From Botryllus schlosseri (taxonomy: Eukaryota): 64,000 nucleotides of DNA. Positions 25,901 through 37,600 of the stretch are shown piece after piece. The translations under genes were made by a program, and so were the position numbers. A model generated the notes under the pieces. That model was not told where the DNA came from. It saw only the letters and a list, made by a program, of their open reading frames with translations, and ran no database searches. The stretch covers positions 1,364,001-1,428,000 of the forward strand of contig CM119378.1 in assembly GCA_051294905.1 (NCBI GenBank). The letters are read 5' to 3'. How positions within the stretch are numbered: the stretch's first letter is position 1; every line of letters begins with the position of its first letter.

Positions 25901-28900
25901 AAATGCATATCCACGAAAATCCGACTTCATCTCAAAGCGAAGGTATATTATAGGCCTAAATTTCCCCGGTCGACTGCGTATTTGGTTGCGTGGTATGGTT
26001 CAGCGAGTCATTTCTCGAACAGCTGAAATGATACCTCGTTCTCAACAGCGTTGTAACCAAGTCTCAATGTTCCGAGTCACAAGTCAATCTTAGTTATATA
26101 GTTTTGACTCTCGAGTCAAGTCGAGTCACTTTCAAATCAACACATAGCCACGTCCGAGTCCAAGTCAGGATGGGTCAAAGGTCAAGTTCTAATCTCATTG
26201 TTGTGACTTGGATACGAGTCCAGGTTATAATGTTTATTTTTGTTCAGTCTCGAGTTTAAGTCTTGTTCAATTTTTACAACTCTGCATGTATACTCGCGTT
26301 TGTACTACTTGTCACCATTATGGATAATAGTCAGAAGATGAAGTATACTACTTTGTCGAAGTACTGAAGTAGGTTCTGTCTACTTGCACTACTTCCTTAT
26401 GTAGCTATGATTTTAGACTACTTCTTAACAAGTTCCAGGGCATAACGCACAGTAGTTTCCAGCCAGATTTGTCTCGAGTCATGCGCAATAACTCGGGTAT
26501 AAGTCGAGTCAATACACATAGGGACCCAAGTTGAGTCGAAATATTTTCCATATTTACGAAAATGACTCCAGTCAAGTCGAGTTCCCGAAAAATTGCAACT
26601 AGAATCAAGTAATTACCACACTGGTTCGCAAAATTATATTTTCGTTGAAACTAAGGGAACAAAGCACCCTACGACCTACACGATTGGTTCTATTTTTTAG
26701 CAGATCGATAACTATCACCTTCGCCCACAACCCCAATATATTCAGAAGGTATAAGAAAGACATGGAATCTCTCTTTGTTCAGACGACGATACAACAGCCT
26801 CCACAGGATCTCATCATCCTCACACGCACAATATTTCGACTGCAACTGAAAGCGAAGGTAGGCCTACATTCCCCGGGCTGGTCATTTGGTTGTGCGTGAT
26901 TCAGTGAGCCATTTCTCCAATAGTTTTAAAGTCGTACGGCGTTCTCAAAATCCTATTTTCTTTGAAGGAAAGAAAGAGTGCCGAAATCCGACACCAGTAG
27001 TTTTGACCAAGTTTCTTATAACTAGAGCCTGACCGTCATCGAACTTTTAACCGACACCGATAACATCGATTTATTCAGCCGATAATCATAAGATATGACC
27101 AGCACCGTAACTGCCGCACCCCAAACCCCCCAATTGGGGGGGGGGGGTGAGCTCGAAGGGGGCCCGAAATTATTTCGTGAATTAGCATAAATCATAGAGT
27201 ATTTTTTGAAAATTTATGCTATTTTTTCAAAAATTCAAGTAGTCATTTATATTTATTATTGGGCATTGGGCCATCACCGCGCCACGACCTACCAAGACAT
27301 ACAATCAAGTTTTAGGCCATATAACATGCGACTCCAAGAAGTGTGCCAGAACGATCGGCAGCTAAAAAAGCTTGGCCGAAAAGGTCTATGCCCTTTTGCA
27401 GACCGAAGACTTCGTTATATATACAAAATACATATAGGTTTAATTGTCCATAGGCGCCTAAATGACTGGCGCCGAATGTTCCTGTCTTTGCAATCTGAAC
27501 CTCACAAGACAAATACCATCCCGCTGGGAAAATTTTATGCGAGTGAAGAAATACCAATTTGAAATCGTGTGCGTCTCTTAGTTTAGAAGCCTACGTTTGG
27601 ACGATTCTATATTTTTTGATATAGCAGACTGGAAGTCACGAAATAACATCATGTAACGAAGTCATATTAACGGGTCCGCCCGCCCGAAGATGTTTAATCA
27701 TTATTTACGGGCCCTCCCGTTTGCAAGACACTTCACTCAGCTCTACCCGTAAATCAAATTACGTGAGTAGAGAGGACAATGAATTGATAGCATAGTATAT
27801 ATGCAATCGCCGATCTGATTGACCGATTTTGTCATAAACTATCGAAAATTTTCGCGCCTCGCGCTAGCTCACAATACAGTACAGATAATTTCGTGACAAA
27901 CGCAAACAACGTGATGGGGGGTCGTTTTATCACCCTATGGGAGCCCAAGACCACGTTTTTTTGGGCCGGACGAGGTGTTGTTTCGTTCCTGCCAACGGGT
28001 ATACGCCCGAAGATCTTTAATTATTATTGAGTGGTCCTACCTTCTCAAACACACCTCACTCAGCTCTACCGGCAAATCTGATTACGTGAGTAGAGAGAAG
28101 ATGAAAAGTGATAACAATATATGCAATTCCCGATCATACTGACCGATGAAATCATGAATTTTAGAAATTTCCCGCGCTTCGAGCGCTTAGGCGACAAAAG
28201 CTGATTCTCTGAACAAACTCCCAATGAATATGATGAATAGCCGTAAAAGTGTATCGCCGGAGGGGGGTCTGGGGGGCTTTGCCCCCCAGAAGTTCGGTCT
28301 ATAACCCTATGGGAGGCCCAAGACCAAAGTTTTTAGGGCCTGACGAAGTGCTGTTACGGCCCTGGATATTCAAAACTTGACAGCATTTATTTGGACAGCT
28401 TTTTCCGTTGCAATGCTGTCACATGAAATAAGCTATAATGGCTACTAAGCTATAATTAAATAGAAATAGATCAACACGTTCTCAGTCTCGCACTCGCAGC
28501 TGATTACGGTGCTCCCAAATACCAAGTTGTGACGTCGCCGGAATGGTAGATATTTTGACCTCTGACGATGACATTCAAAGTGTGAAGTCGACTCTAGTTC
28601 TAGACGATATGAGAGCCGAGTTGAGCCGAGCATTTTTGGTTGCGACTTGCAATCTTCGTGAGACAGGGATTTATTTTGCAGCTCAACCACCGTCAACAAC
28701 GCTGGAGTGGCAGACCATAGTGATTGCGATGGGAGCAGGGTTTGGATTTATCTTCATTGCCATGATCGCACTATTCCTATATCTGCTTTATCGGAGGTAC
28801 AGGCATCCTGCAGAAGTTCGGAATTTCTGAGTGATTATTAATAATCTATTCACATCCAACTTGAACTGCATATCCAGAATTTTGTCCCATGTCTAAATGC

Positions 28901-29518
28901 AAGTCCAAATCCCGTAGTTGCTGAAATTTGTTCTAAAGTATCAGAGATTTTATATACAAGTCCAAACCCAATAAAGCTTGACCTTAATCCATATCTGATC
29001 CAAATCCAGCCAAATTCAGTATTAGTGTATTAGCAATTTCATCAATTCAAAACATCACAAGACTGCGATACAATGAAAAACAGGAAGGTGTCGAAATGAC
29101 TTGGAGCAGTCTTTGAAATCAGATGCCCACCTGGCCTAGCCCTAGGGGATGTAAAAAAGAGGCATTTACACTGAATGAAAAGTAAAAGAAGTCAATACAA
29201 AAGGAAAAGCGACAAAATGAGGTGGCATGTGTGACGAAAAAGTGAGATCGATATATTTACGTGGGGGTTCGGTCAACTTGAAGGCTGGCTAGTATTCAAA
29301 AGTCTTCAGATCCGTATTTTTTTCGAGTCCCAACCCATGATCATCTCTGCACCGCAGCCAGTAAATCGTGGTTTATATTTTCCAGACCCGATACACCGCC
29401 ACCAGAGAGCCAGCAACCACCAAACTCAGAAGTCACGGAAATGCAACCGCCACCAGAGCCTCATTACGAAACACCGTATGAACCTCCGCTCTCTAACAGC
29501 GCACAATATGATTTCTAA
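22931..29518 (+). CDS. CUB-domain type I membrane receptor, paralog B; first exon uncertain
   Basis: Exons 22931-23185 and 24058-24288 (CUB), 25037-25156, 25871-25942 and 26783-26857 (stalk, all phase 1-1), 28682-28796 (TM), 29386-29518 (tail RPDTPPPESQQPPNSEVTEMQPPPEPHYETPYEPPLSNSAQYDF*). Same intron positions and phases as paralog A. Confidence 0.85.
26046..26284. mobile_element. MITE with GAGTC/AAGTC-rich body
   Basis: Ends CAGCGTTGTAA / TTACAACTCTG. Related copies at ~8570-8690, 23588-23810, 25244-25430, 25590-25770 and 26470-26610. Confidence 0.6.
27100..28364. mobile_element. Probable non-autonomous DNA transposon with an internal ~325-bp direct duplication
   Basis: Imperfect TIRs CAGCACCGTAAC / GTTACGGCCCTG and degenerate flanks GATATGAC / GATATTCA. 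Internal repeats at ~27670-27990 and ~27994-28360. Confidence 0.5.
29040..29235 (-). mobile_element. Short 3'-end copy of the CR1/L2-type LINE
   Basis: Reverse complement matches the LINE 3' UTR core (AGGCCAGGTGGGCATCTGATTTCAAAGACTGCTCCAAGTCATTTCGACACC). Confidence 0.7.
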
Positions 29519-30897
29519 ATGACACACGCGTTTGAAGTAGCACTCTACACATCAAACTATGCATCGGTCCCCGTAACTCGAAGCAGTGACTCACAAAAAA
29601 GTGGAAACCACAAACGTTGTGCCCTGTCCTTTGCATCAGCGGCTCCCCTTTTAATGCTGTGCATTATATCACTTTGCATCTATATTAACGGACCTACGTG
29701 CAGTCGGAACCCTCGCGGTAGGTTGAGACACGCAGCCCACTCTTATAGCATAAGTCGTACTGATTCGAAGTAAATATTTATTATCGTCTCTTTGTTTTGC
29801 GTGAAAATCATGTAATGGTTATGTTCTTTTACCATCGTTATTGATGCTTAGTTCGTTTTGTGCACCAGTATTCTAATTTAATGTATTAGATGTTTGCTTC
29901 GGAGTCTCGGCTAAAATTTGGGGTTCGCAATAGACGCTGGTGGTCAATGGCTATGTTATTGATGTGACCTGTCTTGAAGAAGTATTACTCCAGTAATGCA
30001 GTTAATATGCAGCACTCATTTCCGTCGCTTCTTTTTATGTTATCCTTTCTTGAATACGTGCATGCGTCGTATTTACATGCTCTAGGTGGGGGTATATTTA
30101 AAAGACTACTCGTCGTTTTGGCACACGCCTATGTTTTCTTTTATCGCAATTTTGTGGTGCTTTGATTTAATGAGAATGTCAATATTATAATGAGTATCTA
30201 CTAGAATGCAAATACAGCAGGTAACGATTCCTGGTCAAGTTTACTTCAGGTGGGGTAGAAAAGGTTTGCGAAGTTGCCAAGTAAGTAGTTTCAAAAGGTA
30301 GATTTGGTTGCGGCACGGCAGGCGGATAATTACCAAATCGCAAGTCTTCTTTGTGAATAACGTAAAATTATTAATGACACTACAAATTGTGGTGCCTTTG
30401 TCGAAAATACATTCAGTTACCGTGATAGAAGGGTTATATATTGCTTACTTTTTTCTGTCAAATTCACCGCTTACTTTTTTCTGTCAAATTCACTGCAAAC
30501 GTAACCCAACTACTTTTTAGAATCCAACAGAGACGGGCTATAAATTTCACTCCTGCACGTGAATGCAAGCGTGTACCGAAACTACATTATAATATCCAAA
30601 AGTGTGAACGAAGTAGTTTCGCCTAACAAACCTTCTAGTAGAAGTGGTAGTAGACTGAAAACAATGCCACAAGAGTAAGTAGCGGGTGGCGACTGACAAT
30701 AAAGGCCTCACACGGCCCATCTCCGTCTCCTGGCATATACAATGCAATTTTGCCATGAATATTTTCCCTTGTTTGCTGGTGTGAAGCCTATCTATTCAAG
30801 TATGCAGATTGCAGAACTAGTTGAGAATAAAATTACTTACAGCTCATCTTCCAAATCGGCGCCTTTGCAACAAAAACTCAGTTGCGTGATTGATGCA

Positions 30898-30907
30898 TTT
30901 ATTTATT
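30898..30907 (-). terminator. Putative polyadenylation signals of the nesprin gene
   Basis: Two overlapping AATAAA on the minus strand ~320 nt downstream of the KASH stop codon. Confidence 0.5.
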
Positions 30908-31225
30908 ACGTAACAATATATAATTTCATCGGATGTCTACGCTAAACAATCATCAAAAACAGCTTGATCTTGATTGTAGATACGAGATAACGAAAAATAC
31001 ATTATTAAACCGTTGACATTTCATCACGTCCCACTGCAAATTTCCGTCTCATAATGACGTCACAGTGTGTCTCAAGTTTGGTTATCCACGCGACAAATTT
31101 GAATCAAAGACAGGGAGTATAGGAAATAGTAAAATCATCAGATAACTAGAGTTACAGTAGAAGTACCAGCGCGTTGAAGGTAAAGTTTTGAAGCGCGCTT
31201 AATACACGAACATACACACAAACAA

Positions 31226-31610
31226 TCAAACAGGAGGCGGGCCGTTCGTGTAAGTCAGCATGGGCGTGAATGAATACACGTAATTGTTCCGACGCAAGCA
31301 ACCGGCTGTGTCGTCACAATAGGCGCCGAAAAACCAGATTAAAAACGCGACAGCGGCAAAAATGATATAAAACATCAGGGCGACATAAAATACTCTGCAG
31401 CAGAACGAATCAGTTTTTTTCTCGCCCGATGATATCACGCCGCCTCTTAAAATCGGGGAAGGTTTCTCTGCGCGGGTCGTGGTGATGCGAGAAGTCTGCC
31501 TTAAACGCTCTAAAAAATGCGTATCGTAATGAGTTTCCGTTGTGAAGTCTGAATGTGCCATAGTTTCGCGATCGCCCGTCATCTTGTCAGTGTCGTTTGC
31601 TTTTCCTGAG
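31226..31610 (-). CDS. SYNE1: Nesprin terminal exon: TM + KASH domain
   Basis: Hydrophobic VFYVALMFYIIFAAVAFLIWFFGA followed by lumenal C..NNYVYSFTPMLTYTNGPPPV*, the canonical KASH PPPX end. Acceptor TTTCAG at 31611. Confidence 0.95.
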
Positions 31611-34600
31611 CTGAAAGTTTGAGATAGGTTTAGAACAGGCGGGAAATAGAGCAGAGATGAGCATTGATTTGGGTATAAAAAAACGTATTTGATGATTTCA
31701 GCCGGATTTAGGTCGGATACGGATTTACGATCATTTTAATTGGCATTAACAGTCCCGTGTTGTGTGTCTATACATAGGTTAGCCAACTGATGTCAAATCG
31801 CGGGAAATGCAGCTTTACAGATTGCGAAAGGTTACATGCACATCAAGCATGAAAGCAATCAAGCGTCATTGGCACAGCCGCGTATATAGATTGGTATGTA
31901 ACGCGCGAACGGAGAACGTTTTCATGCTGTCAACTCGCGATAGGTATCAGGTGATAGTCTACCATGTAGATGACTGAAGTCGTTTCAACACCTTCCTATT
32001 GAATAATAAATTACTATTCGGGTTGATTTCGATATGAATATATCAGTCAAACGTGTATTGAAGTTCTGTACCTCCTTCCGAACCTAATTTTTCGCTATAT
32101 CGCTTTCTTGCGATGATTTGAATCGACGAAATTAATAATAAACCTAATTAATAATAAACCTAACGGTAACGGGTGCCTATATCGAGTGGTCTGCAGTCAA
32201 CTCGCTATATAGTATATATACTATCGTCTGCAATCGAGATTACCACATCTACTTAACACGCCACTTCATTTTCATCGCTTGTCGTTTTTATGTCATCTTG
32301 TATTGGTTTTCATTCGGTGTACACTGTACAAGCCACTTATTCCATTCGCATGTTCTGGGTCATGGTGGGTATCTGAATTGACGATATCTCTTCGTCAAAT
32401 CGACTCCTTCCTAGACAGCCCCAAGATTACCGGATCTTGATCTGACGTATCAGCCTCGCCTATCAACACATGCGTCAGTCATTTTCCTCACATAGGCCAG
32501 GTGGGTGTCTGATTTCAAAAACTACGCCAAGTCGTTTCGACACCTTGCTATCTTTTCATTCTAGCGCAGTCTTGTGGTCTATTGAAATGATTATATTGTT
32601 AATAACAAACTGATACTGAACTGATACTATATTTCCATTCATTATACAGTAACGATTTGGTGTTTTAAAACGATCTATCGGTTTACCTAGATGCAAGTGC
32701 GAGCAATCACACCTGAATCAATTTCAATCTACCACACATTTCGAAGGCAAATATGTCAAGAAACGCAGTGAAATTACCTTCCAATACTCGATACAATTGA
32801 ATAGTATTTTAATATATTTTGTATATTGAAGTTCTCGACCTCCAAGCTCTTCAAGTTCTCGATATACTGTCGGCGTATGAACCTAAAAGCTTACAGTACC
32901 TTCCGCTAGATTCGGTAGCCTCGTACGGATTAACTACGCGATCAATGAATAGTCTCGCATTGCGTTACGCTCAACTAGCGCTACTGATCGCGAATGGACA
33001 GACCGAACTGATGACGCGATTAAATAATAGTGCAAACGTTCCAGACTGCGCTACTACTCTCAAAAGTCACGCGACCAAAACGAACGAATAGCAACACCCG
33101 AGAATCGCGATTGAAATTACGGACGACCGGAGCGCGCGTTTTATGTCACGTGACGCGCGTGATAACTTTTCGATCGACAACAGGTTTTAATGGTTACTCT
33201 CGCAGTTACCTGCGTAGATTCGTAGCGAAAAGATCGAGGTCAATGTCAAAAGTTTCATTCCGCATGCAAGCAGCGCCTTTCATTTGTTATTTGGCAAGTA
33301 TGGAAACGCAAGCAGAGGTGGTCAAAGTACTAGCCATCGTTGGTATATAGTGGAAGTAACTTCATGAATTTTTACTCAAGTACTCTGATTAATAAGACTA
33401 CTCCAAGTCGTTTCGGCAGCCAGCTAGCTTGTCATTGTCTCGCACAATCACGTGGCGTTTTGATTTGACGAAAATTTTAATAAAATGATGTGTGCAATTG
33501 GATTGCCAAGTTTCACAAGCAAAAAGGAAGTATACTAGGCTTGGTTTTGCCTAAAAACTGAAAACTGCCAGGTACAAACGGAAGCAGTCGAAAATCATGA
33601 CCGACTACTTCTGTGGTTCTCAAAACTTCTTTTAGACACGCCCCCTTATCGTCATATCACAAAATCCAACCTGGATAATAGTTTGAAGGCATGGAAGGTT
33701 ATGACTGTTGACGAGAGAATTCTCAAATATGAAATTAGGACTATACACTGAGCAATAATATGAATTGTACGTAAATCGCAGGGAACAGTTGACCGCAGCT
33801 TTGCGTCCCCGTTCAGATGCTTTCACGCCCCCCCCCAGTTTGAGAACCACTGGATTAGAGTATTGCTTTTTTATTGACCACCTCTGAATGGAAGTTCGAA
33901 AGAGACGGAATCATGCATCCTCCGACATATTCACAACCGATCGCAAATTGACTTTTTCAAATAAAAAATCGGGCCGCAACAGAAATAGGGCTGAACACAA
34001 TGATCGAGTGCTCCAATCTGAATCGAGTATTCCAATAGTAAGCGAAGAATTTTTGAGTACTGAGATTACATGCTCCCTGCCACTAAGAGTTTATTTCTCA
34101 ATCAGAATCATAGTTTTCCATATCGTCATGTTATAATGAGGGATACACGTATCGAAGCCTAGTACTCGATCCATAATTGAATCACTCGAGCACTCGGTTT
34201 TGTCCAGAACATAACGCAGGCACAGAGAACATGCAGAAAAAACATAGCAAGTCATTCATCGCAGTCACCATGGCGATCTCTCAACTAACCTGTGCAATTG
34301 AGAAGCGTCGACCTGTTCGGGGAAGGAAAAATGTGAAACACACCATTCGCGACAAATACCCCCGTTCTCCGATGTAAATACTACAACTGGATTAGAAAAT
34401 TTCGTACCAAAACGAATCACAGGAGCTACGAACACTAGTGCGAATTCTACTTTCTATTACAATTTTTTGCCGTATACCTTTCTTTGGAGCATCTTCAATC
34501 GTATCGAGTCCGAGGAAGAAACGCTCGAGTCAGAATCAGAGCTTCTCTCTCTCCTCTGAAAAGAGACAAAAGCAGACAGCGATGAAGTTCTTCAGAGTGC

Positions 34601-37600
34601 CCAAGTAGATTTTGAAAATTTTTACTGCTTTGTGAAATTTTTAGACTAATTTCACTTTTTGAACAGTTGTTTACGCAAAAGTATATGCTTTTGTGACTTT
34701 GGGCAGTTTTGGGATAGGTCTGCGTGAATTTTGTAAGCGATAATGTCAAATAGTCCCTACGATTTCACGCATTTCCAGAGTCATTAGTCCTAAGTAGTAG
34801 TTTTAGGATGAGTATGCATCACTTTTGTAGTTAAAAGTGTCATGGAAACTGGGCCAAACTCCCCTCAATCACTGCAACGGAATATGTTTTTGAAAATTGC
34901 AGCTAATCGTAGTGTCATATTAATAGATACGTACAGCGAATTCCAAATAACATAACTCCGATAATATGACCCATCAACAAAATCTACTTTTCGAAAGAAC
35001 TTAGAACTGTAAAAGTACTTTTCATATTTTTCATTTTCTACTTCTAATCAAAGTAGTTTTAATATGTATCGTACATTGCTACTGCTACTTGTAATTGAGC
35101 AGAAAATATACAGAGTTATTTCTAATTGAGTAGCAAAGCATCACAAATAACATTGACTACATCTAGTGAAACGGGTCGTAATCTGCGCACAAACCATTTT
35201 TCTCCTAGCCGCCTTCATTTCGTGTTCCATGTCCGCCAGGTCGGACCGGACCGCGTCCAAAAGAACTTTGAGACGCCCTTTGGTGCACTGGACCTTTGTC
35301 GAGAGAGCCCGCACCCCGTTTCCGTTTTGCGGGCCACCAGGCGGCGTCAAATAGAGGCAGAGACCGCCCATCGCGGTCATCTGAAAAGAGGATATATTTC
35401 AGGAGTTGAGCAGCAGACTTGGACAACTAGGAAATGTTCAGCTTCTACATGCTATATTACAATTAGAATGATAGCTACACAATTTTTTCCAAATTAGATT
35501 AGATTTATAATTCGCAAAAACTAAATTAGTCTGTCCGAGACAGCTGCTTTCAATAGCCTACCTTTGATATCGCTTGAGTCGCGTCGCTCTTCATGACTTC
35601 CAGCGTTCTCAAGTTTCGTTTAATCTCTTGCAAATCGGACGGGGCACTTTTTCGAAGCATCTTTGTGATGTCATCGCGGCGGGAGTTTTGCTCGTCAACC
35701 CAAGAGGACATTTCCGAGAGCCTTTTGTGAAAGTCCTGAAAACGGACAGCAGAAATGAGGTGAGAGCAGTCAATGTTGCCAAACAGGTGAACGTACAAGA
35801 GATTAAGTCAATTGCTACTCAATAACATGTAAAAATAGCAATTTCCAAGGCATGTCAATAGTATTTCAATTAGAAGTAAAAAATGAATGCTATGAAAAGT
35901 ATACAAGTAAGTTGTTTAAAAATGTACATTTGGACGAAGTCTCGCATATTTGTAGCAGTTAATTGTAAGGGGCTACTAGAAATAACAATACATATTTCTG
36001 CGACTAACGCAAAATTCGTAAATATAATCAGCTATACATCACACTTTGGCAGGTATTACAGGTTCATAACGCACTTAATACTTAAAAAGCAGAAGTATAC
36101 TTCATTGGTGATTAACTCTGGAAGTCATAATTGTACAAACTACTGGATTTTCTAAACTCGCAACTAGAACTAGAACTACTCACTTTTCAAAACCCGCAAC
36201 TAAAATTAAACTAGAACTACTCGCTCTTAAAAGTTACAACTAGAAGTAGAACTAGTCATGTTTCAAAAGTTGAAACTATAACTATAACTAATCACTTTTC
36301 AAAATCCGCAACTAGAACTAGAACTATTCGCTCTTCAAAATCAGCAACCCAAAATAAACTGGAACTGCTCGCTCTTCAAAGTCGCAACTACAATTAAAGT
36401 TAAGCTACTCGCTCTTCAAAGTTACAACTAGAACTAGTCACTTTTCTAAATCCGCAACTAAAACTAGAACTACTCACTTTTCAAAAGTAGTAACTGCAAC
36501 TACAATTAGAACTACCGGTACTCAAAAACCTCACTTAGAAGATCGTAAATCAGCTAGATAAGTAGTTTGAACAAGTCCGCTGGAAATGCATCTACCTGCG
36601 AATGCGCCAAGCTCTCCTGCAGAGATTTCGTCCAGTCGGCCGATTTCTGTTGGAGGGACTCCCAATCTTTGTTTAGCTTTTCCACTTTTTGTTTTGCTTC
36701 CTCATCCGCGAACCAGGACGACGAGACTTTGACGGCCAGGACGACAGCGCGCCGGTCTTCGAGACACTTCTCCAAATCCTGAACAAGAAAATATATGTCC
36801 GTCTCAACATTTGTTTCGTCGCTCCGGGGCCTACGAGATTCATGGAAAATATTCATGAATATCGTAGGCCCCGGTGGCTCGTACTTTAATGTTTTCTCCT
36901 GTTACTTTTCATTGAGTGTACATTAGGGTTTCAAAATATAACTATTTTTCCTAATTTAACTGGTTATCCATGATATTGGAATGCCACACACCCAATTTGA
37001 CTCGGTCGCAACCTGCAGGGAAGTAGTTAGTAGACAATAATACTGGATTTTTTACTTTTTCAAATTTCACTTTAGACATGGGGCGATTACAGCATCAATG
37101 TTATCGAAAACGATCACGATTACTCAATTACGATTACGAACACAGCTACATCTTGCAAGTACGCAACACAGTAATGACTATAACCGAAAATCTCACCTTG
37201 ATCTCTTCCACTTCTCGTTGTACTTCCTCCACACTTTTCTCAAACTTTGACCCGGACAGGCTCATCTCTCGATCTGTGACTTTCTCGGTGGCTTCGAGCC
37301 ACGCCAGGGTCGAGTCCAGGTCGCTTTCGAAGCGAGTCTTTTTGTCTTCCTCAGAAACGCGGGCTTTCTTTGGTGGGGTGGATTCGAAGCTCACGGCGTC
37401 CTGAAAAATTTTATGATTTGTTTTACCAATTTTAATTTGAAAGGTGTTGTTAATTCGTCTCAAATCGGTGTGTTACCGCATAGAAAAATAATAAACAACA
37501 GATGTATGTATATTAAATTAAACTTGAATTAAATTTCAAAAATTCAATAAAACAAAATAATAATTAGTCTCAAATTAAAAATTGACGTTTTACTCTCAAA

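Noticed and set aside
31226..31582. Stand-alone 118-aa membrane protein gene
   Set aside because: It is the nesprin terminal KASH exon with an upstream acceptor; independent expression is only a hypothesis (see findings).
36160..36520. CRISPR-like array
   Set aside because: Eukaryotic intron; degenerate tandem units with no unique spacers and no cas genes.
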